Below, piece after piece: positions 29,948 to 38,451 of a DNA stretch of 64,000 nt; position 1 is the stretch's first letter, and each line of letters begins with the position of its first letter. This DNA comes from a virus. The stretch covers positions 64,001 through 128,000 of the IMG/VR virus record IMGVR_UViG_3300020203_000404. One strand, 5' to 3'. The position numbers and the translations under genes are program-made. The notes under the pieces were generated by a model. The model had not been told where the DNA came from and did not search any database. It saw nothing but the letters and a program-made list of their open reading frames with translations.

Positions 29948-30785
29948 TGTGACGTACGGGGTTTTGCATTACAATCCCAGCCTAGATGCAGGTGCGACTC
30001 GTGCGTATATTAATGCTGTTGATTCTTTAGCACAAAATAGAAGCTCTAGTTTGCGTAGTGAAATTTTTCTTATTGATCAAAATAGTGATCAAGAGTTAAC
30101 GAATACACTTGCTAAAAAATATGGCTTTAGTTCATTATGTTTAAACAAAAACATTGGCATTAGTCGTGGTATCAACCTGTTAGCCAATATGGCTCGCGGC
30201 AAGTATGTGTCATTAGTCACATCAGATGTGATCTTCCCACAAGGACTTGATGAAAGACTTATGTCTGTGCTTGATGCCGACCCCAAGATCTATCAGATCT
30301 GCCCAGTGTCCGACAACTCGTCTCTGGATCACCAGCGTTCGCCTTGTGCTATTGAAGATGGCGTCCTTATTCCCAACCTAGTTCAAGAGTTGACCATTCA
30401 GTATTGGCCACGTACCGTTTTCGACAAGATTGGATACTTTGACGAACGCTGGAAGGCGTGCTACGAGAACATGGACTTTGCTCTCCGTGCCTTCTTGGAG
30501 GGCGGATCTGTCGTAGTCGATCAACGTGCGTTCTGCCACCATGAGCACAACACCACTATGAAGAGTGGTGCGATTCACCATGCATACGACGGCTATCTAC
30601 CTATGCCCAATGGTCTTGATCATCAGCCGCTCTTGCAGATGTGGCGTGACAAGTGGCCCAACCTTGAAAGATACATGAATCACTATGACACATTCACTAA
30701 GGATATGGGCCAAACGCGGGCGGCAATGTTTTTTGCGTATAGCAAGAACGTGTATCTGCCGTATGTACAAGAAGTCCCTTATTAA
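29937..30785 (+). CDS. GT2 glycosyltransferase
   Basis: GGAGG SD; FLIDQNS; NIGISRGIN; ARGKYV; FDKIGYFDE; ENMDF..RA. Confidence 0.85.
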   Translation: MFHDVTYGVLHYNPSLDAGATRAYINAVDSLAQNRSSSLRSEIFLIDQNSDQELTNTLAKKYGFSSLCLNKNIGISRGINLLANMARGKYVSLVTSDVIFPQGLDERLMSVLDADPKIYQICPVSDNSSLDHQRSPCAIEDGVLIPNLVQELTIQYWPRTVFDKIGYFDERWKACYENMDFALRAFLEGGSVVVDQRAFCHHEHNTTMKSGAIHHAYDGYLPMPNGLDHQPLLQMWRDKWPNLERYMNHYDTFTKDMGQTRAAMFFAYSKNVYLPYVQEVPY

Positions 30786-30786
30786 C

Positions 30787-31368
30787 ATGAAACGCTACGA
30801 TATCATTCGTCATCTGATTGAGGCACGCGACTACAAGTCGTATCTTGAAATTGGTGTACTGGAACAAGAAACATTCAACAGCTTGCCGCCATTAGATGTT
30901 AAACATAGTGTTGATCCTAATGGGCAAGCTGTGTTTAATACTACCTCCGACGACTTTTTCAAGAATCATTGTCATCAATATTATGATTTAATCTTTATTG
31001 ACGGCTTACATCTTGAAGAGCAAGTGCAAAGAGATATGGAAAATTCATTGACATACCTAAACGAAGGTGGCATAATTATAGTACATGACTGCTTGCCTTC
31101 GGCAGAGTATGAGCAACTGCGAGAAGGTGTTAGTGGCAAACCATGGACTGGGGACGTGTGGAAGGCATTTGCAAAGCTGCGAGCGGATCGTAGGGACTTA
31201 ATTATGCGTGTTGTGGACACTGATTATGGATGTGGGTTGATTGAGCGTGGTGTCGATCCGGTCGAGTATCACTCAATTGATGGCGATTACACCTGGGACT
31301 TCTTCTGTAAGAATCGTAACGAAATCATGGGTGTTATTACACCGGAGCAGTTCATTGGACGTTCATAA
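30787..31368 (+). CDS. Class I SAM methyltransferase (Methyltransf_24-like)
   Basis: SYLEIGV; TSDDFF; YDLIFIDGLH; LNEGGIIIVHDCLP; WTGDVWKA. Confidence 0.87.
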   Translation: MKRYDIIRHLIEARDYKSYLEIGVLEQETFNSLPPLDVKHSVDPNGQAVFNTTSDDFFKNHCHQYYDLIFIDGLHLEEQVQRDMENSLTYLNEGGIIIVHDCLPSAEYEQLREGVSGKPWTGDVWKAFAKLRADRRDLIMRVVDTDYGCGLIERGVDPVEYHSIDGDYTWDFFCKNRNEIMGVITPEQFIGRS

Positions 31369-31882
31369 TCGAGATTGGGTTGTAGCCCGTAACAATCTTT
31401 TGAATGGTAAGCTACTTGAGATTGGTAGTTTTGTTGTGCCCGGCCAAGAACAGATTGCCTTGCGACCAGTAGTCGAAAAGTTTGTCAATAGCTATCTCGG
31501 CATTGACATGCGTGAAGGCCCTGGCGTTGATCTCGTAACTAGCGAAGACAACGCCTTTCCTTTTGAAGATAACACATTTGATGTCGTTGTATCGTTAGAC
31601 ACCCTTGAACACGTTCGCAACCCTTGGACGTTCATTGAAAACGCAGCGAGAGTCCTAAAGCCCGGTGGTCACTTCTTTTTGGCTACCGTGTTTTCATTTC
31701 CTATTCATGGTTACCCGGATGACTACTGGCGTTTCACCCCCAATTGCTTGAAGATGCTCATCGAGACCTATGGTCTCGAAGTGGCAGGTGATTTGACGCC
31801 ATCTGAATGCTGTACTAAAAACCCTGCACATCACTTGGCGAACCCGACAATCGTTCGTCTAATTGCTAGAAAGCCACTATGA
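31355..31882 (+). CDS. Class I SAM methyltransferase (type 11-like)
   Basis: TTG start after GGAG; LEIGS; YLGIDM..GPGVD; FDVVVS..TLEHV.NPW; RVLKPGG; HGYPDDYWRF. Confidence 0.87.
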   Translation: MDVHNRDWVVARNNLLNGKLLEIGSFVVPGQEQIALRPVVEKFVNSYLGIDMREGPGVDLVTSEDNAFPFEDNTFDVVVSLDTLEHVRNPWTFIENAARVLKPGGHFFLATVFSFPIHGYPDDYWRFTPNCLKMLIETYGLEVAGDLTPSECCTKNPAHHLANPTIVRLIARKPL

Positions 31883-32835
31883 ACGCCAAGACATTAGTTA
31901 CTGGTTCGTCTGGATTTTTAGGTCAACATGTCGTTCCACTCTTACGTGCCGACGGTCATGAAGTGATGACCCCATCAAGTAACTCTTTGAACTTACTTGA
32001 CCAAGACGCTAAGGCAATTGCGAGTTATCTTGTTATCCACGAGGTAAGTACGGTTGTTCATCTTGCTGCAATTTGTGGTGGCATCGGCATCAATAAAGAC
32101 AATCCAGGTAAGTTCATGTATGGGAACTTGCAGATGGGTCTTAACGTTATCGAGGCGTGTCGCCTCGCTAACGTAAAGAAGCTTGTGAATTTGAGTACCG
32201 TCTGCTCGTATCCCAAGAACACGCCGGTACCATTTCAAGAGAGTGATCTATGGATCGGCTATCCCGAAGAGACCAATGCTCCATATGGCATTGCCAAGAA
32301 AACGATTGTGGAGCTTGGTATTGCATACCATAAGCAGTATGGTTTAAACGTCACTAATCTAGTGCCGGTTAATATGGCCGGTGAGCACGATCATTTCGAT
32401 CCTTATTCCTCTCATGTTGTGCCAGCTTTGATTCGCAAGTTTGAAGAAGCTGATCAACAAAGAGAGTATGTAGATATCTACTCAGTTAGTGCCCCACTTG
32501 TGACCTTATGGGGCACAGGATCTGCTTCTCGCGAGTTTTTGTATGCCGGTGATTGTGCCAAAGCGATTGCAATTGCCGTTCAAAAGAATACGGGGCCAGA
32601 TCCCATCAATCTTGGCACTGGTCAAGAAATTACCATCAAGCAGTTAGCCGAGTTGGTAAAGCAAATTGGTGGTTATGTTTCCAATGTCAAATGGGATCAT
32701 ACTAAGCCAGATGGTCAACCACGCAGATCACTAGATGTTTCAAGAGCCAAGAACGTGCTTCACTGGGAAGCTACAACTCCTATTTCCGAAACGGTCCGCA
32801 AGACCATTGACTGGTACAGAGAGAACAATGGGTAG
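31879..32835 (+). CDS. fcl: GDP-L-fucose synthase family epimerase/reductase
   Basis: VTGSSGFLG; HLAAICGGIGIN; STVCSYPK; GYPEETNAPYGIAKK; SHVVPALIRK; WGTGSASREFLY; KPDGQPRR. Confidence 0.95.
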   Translation: MNAKTLVTGSSGFLGQHVVPLLRADGHEVMTPSSNSLNLLDQDAKAIASYLVIHEVSTVVHLAAICGGIGINKDNPGKFMYGNLQMGLNVIEACRLANVKKLVNLSTVCSYPKNTPVPFQESDLWIGYPEETNAPYGIAKKTIVELGIAYHKQYGLNVTNLVPVNMAGEHDHFDPYSSHVVPALIRKFEEADQQREYVDIYSVSAPLVTLWGTGSASREFLYAGDCAKAIAIAVQKNTGPDPINLGTGQEITIKQLAELVKQIGGYVSNVKWDHTKPDGQPRRSLDVSRAKNVLHWEATTPISETVRKTIDWYRENNG

Positions 32836-33073
32836 AACACTAATAGACGTTGACGGTCAAAGATTTGGTAGACTTGTCGCAAGTAACAAAGTCAAGAAAA
32901 TTGGACGTGCTATGTGTCGTCTATGTTACTGTGATTGTGGCAAAAAGACTTGGCAAGCTACAAAAGGATATACCAAGAAGAACTGTGTATCTTGTTGTAA
33001 AATCTGTAATAGAGCTAAAAGCGGCATGGGGTTTGACGATTTTATGAGTTGGATTCGGAGATTACAAGCATGA
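32828..33073 (+). pseudogene. HNH endonuclease with large in-frame internal deletion
   Basis: GQRFGRL..CYCDCGKKTW joined almost directly to GYTKKNCVSCCKICNRAK; the middle found in paralogs 29402/49117 is missing. Confidence 0.75.
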
Positions 33074-34089
33074 ACAAGACTGCTATAATTAGTGGTGTTG
33101 GCGGTCAAGACGGAATGTACTTGTCGCATTATCTCTTGTCCTTGGGTTATCGAGTTGTAGGTATTCGTCGTCGCACATCGACCCCAAACTTAGTTCGATT
33201 ACGTACTTTAATAGGGTCGCCAAACTTTCATATTGTTGATGGTGACATTACTGACATTTCAAGCCTCCAGGACATCGTGCGTCAATTCCAACCGCACGAG
33301 TTCTATCACTTGGCCGCACAGAGCCATGTTGCGATGTCCTGGAAGTATCCTATCGCCACCTGCGAAATGACCGGCCTCGGTGTTTTGAATTGCCTTGAGG
33401 CTTTGAAGCAAGTGAAGCCAGACTGTCGTTTCTACTTTGCTGGTTCAAGCGAACAGTTCGGCAACCCAATTCACAATGGTAAGGTTGTGAGCTTGGACGA
33501 GAACACTCCTATGGAGCCTGAGTCGCCATACGCGGCTGCCAAAGTCTTCGGCTACAATATTGCTCATGTGTATCGCCGTTCGTTTGGTATGTACACCGCC
33601 TGTGGCATTCTCTTCAATCACGAGTCTCCGCTTCGTGGAGAGGAGTTCGTCACACGAAAGATCACAAGCAACCTTGCTCGCGTCAAATGGGGCTTGCAGG
33701 ATTGTGTAGAACTCGGCAACATGGACGCTCAACGTGACTGGGGCTTCGCTGGCGATTACGTCAAGGCGATGCACGGCATGTTGCAGCTAGACACCCCAGA
33801 CGATTTCGTAATTGCAACAGGCAGCACGCACTCTGTGCGTAAGTTCTTTGACGCCTGCTGTAACTGGTTTGAACTCGATCCTGAAAAGGTTTATCGAATC
33901 AATCCTGCATTCAAACGCCCCAAGGATGTTGAAGTATTGTTGGGCGATTCTTCCAAGGCCCGAAAGAAGTTGAACTGGTATCCTGAGTGCGACTTCGATC
34001 AGCTAGTAGACAAGATGTGTCGTTACGACTACCATCTACAGTCGCCTGAACCCAACTTGTTCAGACGTGCTGACGAATTCCTTTTCTAG
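33070..34089 (+). CDS. gmd: GDP-mannose 4,6-dehydratase
   Basis: ISGVGGQDG.YL; YHLAAQSHV; SSEQFG; SPYAAAK; GILFNHESPLRG.EFVTRKIT; RDWG.A.DYV. Confidence 0.96.
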   Translation: MNKTAIISGVGGQDGMYLSHYLLSLGYRVVGIRRRTSTPNLVRLRTLIGSPNFHIVDGDITDISSLQDIVRQFQPHEFYHLAAQSHVAMSWKYPIATCEMTGLGVLNCLEALKQVKPDCRFYFAGSSEQFGNPIHNGKVVSLDENTPMEPESPYAAAKVFGYNIAHVYRRSFGMYTACGILFNHESPLRGEEFVTRKITSNLARVKWGLQDCVELGNMDAQRDWGFAGDYVKAMHGMLQLDTPDDFVIATGSTHSVRKFFDACCNWFELDPEKVYRINPAFKRPKDVEVLLGDSSKARKKLNWYPECDFDQLVDKMCRYDYHLQSPEPNLFRRADEFLF

Positions 34090-34097
34090 GAGTAAAT

Positions 34098-34784
34098 ATG
34101 AATGAGAATGAAAAGCCGCACGAGATCACTGAACGTGAGAAGCGTGCATGGCAAGAGGGTTCTAAGACCCGCAAACGTGATCGTCCTGCATTGACAATGC
34201 CACAGCGTATTGAATTCTTGAAGATGGTTGCACAGCTTTCAAGTAATACAGCATTCGAAAGAAAGCTTGGATTGGGTGCTGCCGATGTTGACTTCTATAA
34301 AAAGGAGTTCAGTGTTGAAAATCAAGATGATGCTAGACGTTTGTATAAACGCCTAGAGATCGACATGATTGAAGGCAACGAAGAGCGTATTATTAGCGAG
34401 ACAGGCAAAGCTCGTGACGCTGAGGCTACTGCTAATCTTAGACTGAAAGAGATTGAATTGCGTAAGACGATTGAGAAACGTGAAAAGACCGTTGGCACGC
34501 CGAACGGCAATGCGATTCGTGCTGAGGATGCCGAACGTCAACAACGTTTCCAGCAAGAGCAAGACGCTCAAATGACAGAAGCTCTTGGCAATGGCGAACC
34601 TTGGTTTTTGCCACTTGAGGGCTCTGAATCCGATAGACGTGGCATGACCGAACGTTTCCGTCGAGACGTTGAGAATTGTGGTTTGCAGTTTTGTGTCAAT
34701 AAGTATCGGGCCAGTCCCCTTCAATTGAAAACAGAAGCGGCAAGACTCAAGCTTCGCATCAATTGGGATAGAGTCAAAAGATGA
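34098..34784 (+). CDS. Hypothetical charged/coiled-coil protein
   Basis: AGGAG SD; E/R/K-rich. Confidence 0.6.
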   Translation: MNENEKPHEITEREKRAWQEGSKTRKRDRPALTMPQRIEFLKMVAQLSSNTAFERKLGLGAADVDFYKKEFSVENQDDARRLYKRLEIDMIEGNEERIISETGKARDAEATANLRLKEIELRKTIEKREKTVGTPNGNAIRAEDAERQQRFQQEQDAQMTEALGNGEPWFLPLEGSESDRRGMTERFRRDVENCGLQFCVNKYRASPLQLKTEAARLKLRINWDRVKR

Positions 34785-34794
34785 ACCGCAAACT

Positions 34795-35514
34795 ATGAAA
34801 TTGACGCATCAAAGTTTGCAACAACTCTACGACACTATGTCGTTGGATGAAATGGCTATTCATGTAGGCATGTCAAAGTCTACCCTGTATTATCATATGA
34901 AAAAGTTGGGCGTCGCCCGTAGAAGTAAGAGTGACGCTCAACGTAAACACATTGAGACTACTGGTCATCAGAGAACTGGCAGTCATCATACGGGCGAGGC
35001 TCGCGAAAAGATATCGACGGGCACGAAAGAGTTTTGGGAGTCCGATAGAGGTAAAGATCAGAAGGCTGCGTTATGTAAATTACGTCGCCAAGAATGGGCG
35101 GATAGCACAAGTAAGAAGCGTAGTGCCGTACTGGCACGCCTTCAAGATGCTCACAGGCCGGAGCCAGGCGAGCTTTCGAACTTTGGAAGGAAGTTGTCCA
35201 CGTTCCTTGCAAGCAGGGAACGTGTTTCTACAGGAATCCGACTGACGAACGATCACGTCTCTGACATAATATTAGAGGACAGGAAGGTGGTCGTAGAGCT
35301 TATCTTCCCGATTAGTATCTATGGAGAACAACAACAACATCGACTCGAAGAACGGTACGCACGCCTCACACAGCATTTGAATGCCGCAGGCTATCGCGTT
35401 ATGATCATCGAGGACAAGTCCAATTCTGTATCGCAAGCTCGCTGTCAGCGGGTATATGATCAACTCTGTCTCTTTTTTCAAGAGACGCAACAGGCCAAGA
35501 CAATCATTTCATGA
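34795..35514 (+). CDS. HTH + NUMOD3-like + DUF559-like putative endonuclease
   Basis: SLDEMA.HVGMSKSTLYY HTH; G.HHT.E.REKIS; SDIIL..RKVVVE; L..AGYRV. Confidence 0.5.
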   Translation: MKLTHQSLQQLYDTMSLDEMAIHVGMSKSTLYYHMKKLGVARRSKSDAQRKHIETTGHQRTGSHHTGEAREKISTGTKEFWESDRGKDQKAALCKLRRQEWADSTSKKRSAVLARLQDAHRPEPGELSNFGRKLSTFLASRERVSTGIRLTNDHVSDIILEDRKVVVELIFPISIYGEQQQHRLEERYARLTQHLNAAGYRVMIIEDKSNSVSQARCQRVYDQLCLFFQETQQAKTIIS

Positions 35515-36218
35515 CTATCACACCCAAGCTACCCCGATACGGCACTAACTGGGAAGACCAACTTCAACCTGCCGACATTGGTGCTCGAAAAGAAGAGAAT
35601 AGGGAGATGCGAGTTGTATACTTGCGTGGTCTACAACGTCTCGCTCAAGACGCTGGCATGATTCGCAGTGAATGTAGACTCAACTTCATCACAAAGGACC
35701 AGACCGGATCAGTTGGCATCATGCAGGCTGTGTATACGGTTGAGTTTTCTGATGGTACTTGGTGGGTTGGAGCGGCTGACTGTAACTCGGCGAATACGTC
35801 AGAGAAGTACATGAAGTATCCAACGGCGGTGGCCGAGTCTCGTGCGGAAGCTCGTTGTCTTCGCAAGGCCCTGAACATTGGTATCCTGTCGTCGGAAGAG
35901 GTTGGCTTTACTGATGGCGGTGCGATTGAACAAATTGCGGCCTCATCGAATAAGAAAGTTGATACACAGGTTGTGAAGGCTATTGAAAAGCTTTGTGAGT
36001 CTCGTGGCGTTACGAACGCCGAAGTGCTCGAAGCTATTCTTAGTAAAGGTCGCAATAGCTCTGTCTTTGAGCTTGGCGAATTGACGGTTGACGAAGGTCA
36101 GAAAGCCATGGGATGGCTAAACGAACAGAAACCGAAGGCGGTCAAGTTGACCGCCACCCAAGAACGTGACGCCCGCAAGAAGGAATTGCGAGCACAGACA
36201 GATAAGGATAATTCATGA
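35511..36218 (+). CDS. Putative Rad52-like single-strand annealing protein
   Basis: GL..LA; GAAD...N; AVAESRAEARCLRKALNIG..SSEEV; resemblance by eye only. Confidence 0.4.
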   Translation: MTITPKLPRYGTNWEDQLQPADIGARKEENREMRVVYLRGLQRLAQDAGMIRSECRLNFITKDQTGSVGIMQAVYTVEFSDGTWWVGAADCNSANTSEKYMKYPTAVAESRAEARCLRKALNIGILSSEEVGFTDGGAIEQIAASSNKKVDTQVVKAIEKLCESRGVTNAEVLEAILSKGRNSSVFELGELTVDEGQKAMGWLNEQKPKAVKLTATQERDARKKELRAQTDKDNS

Positions 36219-36556
36219 AGATTACATATACAAGCAAGAGTGGTCGTCTCGCCGCAGAGTTTGACGAGAAGTCCCAAAAAGATCTCTTCCGACAGATTTC
36301 TACATTTCAAGAAGTCTTTGAAGAGACGAAGTGTGGCGTCTGCGGTAACGAAGATTTGCGTTTTGTTGTCCGCAACATTAAGGACAACGATTTTTATGAA
36401 CTCCACTGCTTGAGCATTCCTTGCAAGTCTCGCTTGGCGTTTGGACAGCACAAGAAGGGTGAAACGCTGTTCCCGAGTCGCAAGGACGACGAAGGTAAGT
36501 GGCTACGTAACAACGGTTGGATTAAGTGGAACCCTGATACGAAGAAGGAAGAGTGA
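36215..36556 (+). CDS. Zn-ribbon hypothetical protein
   Basis: CGVC...C....C; coupled at both ends. Confidence 0.6.
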   Translation: MKITYTSKSGRLAAEFDEKSQKDLFRQISTFQEVFEETKCGVCGNEDLRFVVRNIKDNDFYELHCLSIPCKSRLAFGQHKKGETLFPSRKDDEGKWLRNNGWIKWNPDTKKEE

Positions 36557-36936
36557 TGAATACATTCCGCCTTACTTTTCAAGAGTATCAAAAGCTTGCC
36601 GCCGCTACCGCAGTTTATCCTTTTGTTGGGGTCAGTCCAAATAGTGTTGGTGGGACCGCACATTGTGAAAACTACATTTATCCTGCTCTTGGATTATGTG
36701 GAGAGGCTGGTGAAGTAGCTGAAAAAATCAAGAAGATTATTCGTGATAAAGATGGTGCAGTATCAATAGAAGATAAGATGGCTATCGCCAAAGAGCTTGG
36801 CGACGTTATGTGGTATCTTGCCGCCCTATGCAAAGAACTTGATCTTGATATGGGTGAAGTCGCTCAATGCAATCTTGACAAGCTTGCTGCTCGTGCATCA
36901 AAAGGAACTCTTGGTGGAAGCGGTGATAGCAGATGA
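36553..36936 (+). CDS. mazG: MazG-like nucleotide pyrophosphohydrolase
   Basis: YPALGLCGEAGEVAEKIKK..RD; KELGDVMWY; NLDKL..R..G.L.GSGD.R. Confidence 0.9.
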   Translation: MMNTFRLTFQEYQKLAAATAVYPFVGVSPNSVGGTAHCENYIYPALGLCGEAGEVAEKIKKIIRDKDGAVSIEDKMAIAKELGDVMWYLAALCKELDLDMGEVAQCNLDKLAARASKGTLGGSGDSR

Positions 36937-37226
36937 GACGCATTGGTGATGGACCTCCTGTAGACAAGAAGATGTTTACGTGCCCGCAATGCTTGCAGAC
37001 ACGTATGACCCGTCCATTGGATCATACAGTGTCTCGTGATAAACAAGAATTCAAGACGAAAGACGGTTCGTCTATTTTGTTAATGACTGACACTTGCGAC
37101 GCTTGCGTCGCAAGGAACTATCGTAGGTATTTTGAACCAACGAGAGCAGACATTCGTAAAGTTCTCAGGGCTATGAATGATGAGGCTCGGGCGTCGCCTG
37201 ATGTATCGCTAGAAGAATTGCTGTAG
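36933..37226 (+). CDS. Zn-binding hypothetical protein
   Basis: CPQC...CDAC; ATGA overlap. Confidence 0.55.
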   Translation: MRRIGDGPPVDKKMFTCPQCLQTRMTRPLDHTVSRDKQEFKTKDGSSILLMTDTCDACVARNYRRYFEPTRADIRKVLRAMNDEARASPDVSLEELL

Positions 37227-37227
37227 C

Positions 37228-38451
37228 ATGGTCAAACACGCAAATTTGTGGTTTGAATCGTGCCCAACCAAGCGTGAACTCACGTCTGGATTAATAAAGA
37301 ATGTTGACACGCTCATCATCGGTGGCGGACTCGCCGGGGTGAGCTTGCTTCATAATCTTGTCAATGGCGGCATGGTCAATACATATCTCGTTGAAGAAAA
37401 CTCTGTTGGGTTTCATGGGTCCGGTCGTGGCATGGGACAGCTTATGCTACGCGGTAGCAAGCTCTTTCATGAAATGCCAGATGGTGAAGAGTATCTGAAT
37501 TTCGTTAGCGACAATAACTGTCGTTTCTTGAAAGGGTTACGAGCACTATCCTTTGATCATGACCTTCGTGAAACTGGTGGTCTAAGACTTGCTATGAACG
37601 ATCAAGAGATGGCGTTACTTGAACGTGAATCATGGTTTATTCAACAGGTGCGTAGGATCGACTGTCCAATTCTTTCGAGACGACAGTTAAATTTACTAGT
37701 ACCAGCTAAACATTTCGTAGGTGGTATGTTTATTCCTAATGAAGCTTCGTACAATCCATACAAAGTTGTGAATGGCTTGCGAGATACTGTTGAAAAAAAC
37801 GGATCTCGTGTCTTTACTAACACTCAGGTAGAATCTGTACTTGCGAACGATGATGGAAGTTTAACCGTCTTAATTCGTCATCGTGGCACCATTCGAGCCA
37901 AACAAGTAGTGTATTGTCTTGGTGCATACACGAGTAGACTACTACCAGAATTTGCGGATGTGCTTATTCCATTTAGAGAGCAAGTAGTTGCTACCGATTA
38001 TCTTGAAAACGACGCCGCACAGACGCTCCCGGCTATGAGCATTTCATGCAATAATGGTCAGGAGCGATTTCGTCAGTACGCGAGTCGTTTCCTTATGGGA
38101 GGCATGCGACAGTCTGTGCGAGGCCGACAAGAAGGTCTCGTATACGATGGAGAGATTAGTCCTGCGGTGTATGAAAAACTTCGTGTATTCGCCATCGAAT
38201 CTTTTCCAGTCTTAAAACATTCTAAGTTCAGTCATGTCTGGTCAGGTGTTTTCTGTGGCACCAAAGATGATAAGCCATTGATTGGTCCGGTACCAAATCG
38301 CCCCAATCAATACATGATGACTGGTTTCGGTTGTTATGATTCTAGCAACGCAATTCTCGGCAGTATGTTGATCAAGGATTACATTAAGCACAAGGACTCG
38401 GCTGGGCCGGGCCACCAAATTTTGCATCCAGGACGTTTTTTCCATGTTTGA
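37228..38451 (+). CDS. FAD-dependent oxidoreductase (DAO/PuuB family)
   Basis: DTLIIGGGLAG; G.SGR..G; NPYK; HVWSG..C.T.D.KPLIG; TGF. Confidence 0.85.
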   Translation: MVKHANLWFESCPTKRELTSGLIKNVDTLIIGGGLAGVSLLHNLVNGGMVNTYLVEENSVGFHGSGRGMGQLMLRGSKLFHEMPDGEEYLNFVSDNNCRFLKGLRALSFDHDLRETGGLRLAMNDQEMALLERESWFIQQVRRIDCPILSRRQLNLLVPAKHFVGGMFIPNEASYNPYKVVNGLRDTVEKNGSRVFTNTQVESVLANDDGSLTVLIRHRGTIRAKQVVYCLGAYTSRLLPEFADVLIPFREQVVATDYLENDAAQTLPAMSISCNNGQERFRQYASRFLMGGMRQSVRGRQEGLVYDGEISPAVYEKLRVFAIESFPVLKHSKFSHVWSGVFCGTKDDKPLIGPVPNRPNQYMMTGFGCYDSSNAILGSMLIKDYIKHKDSAGPGHQILHPGRFFHV

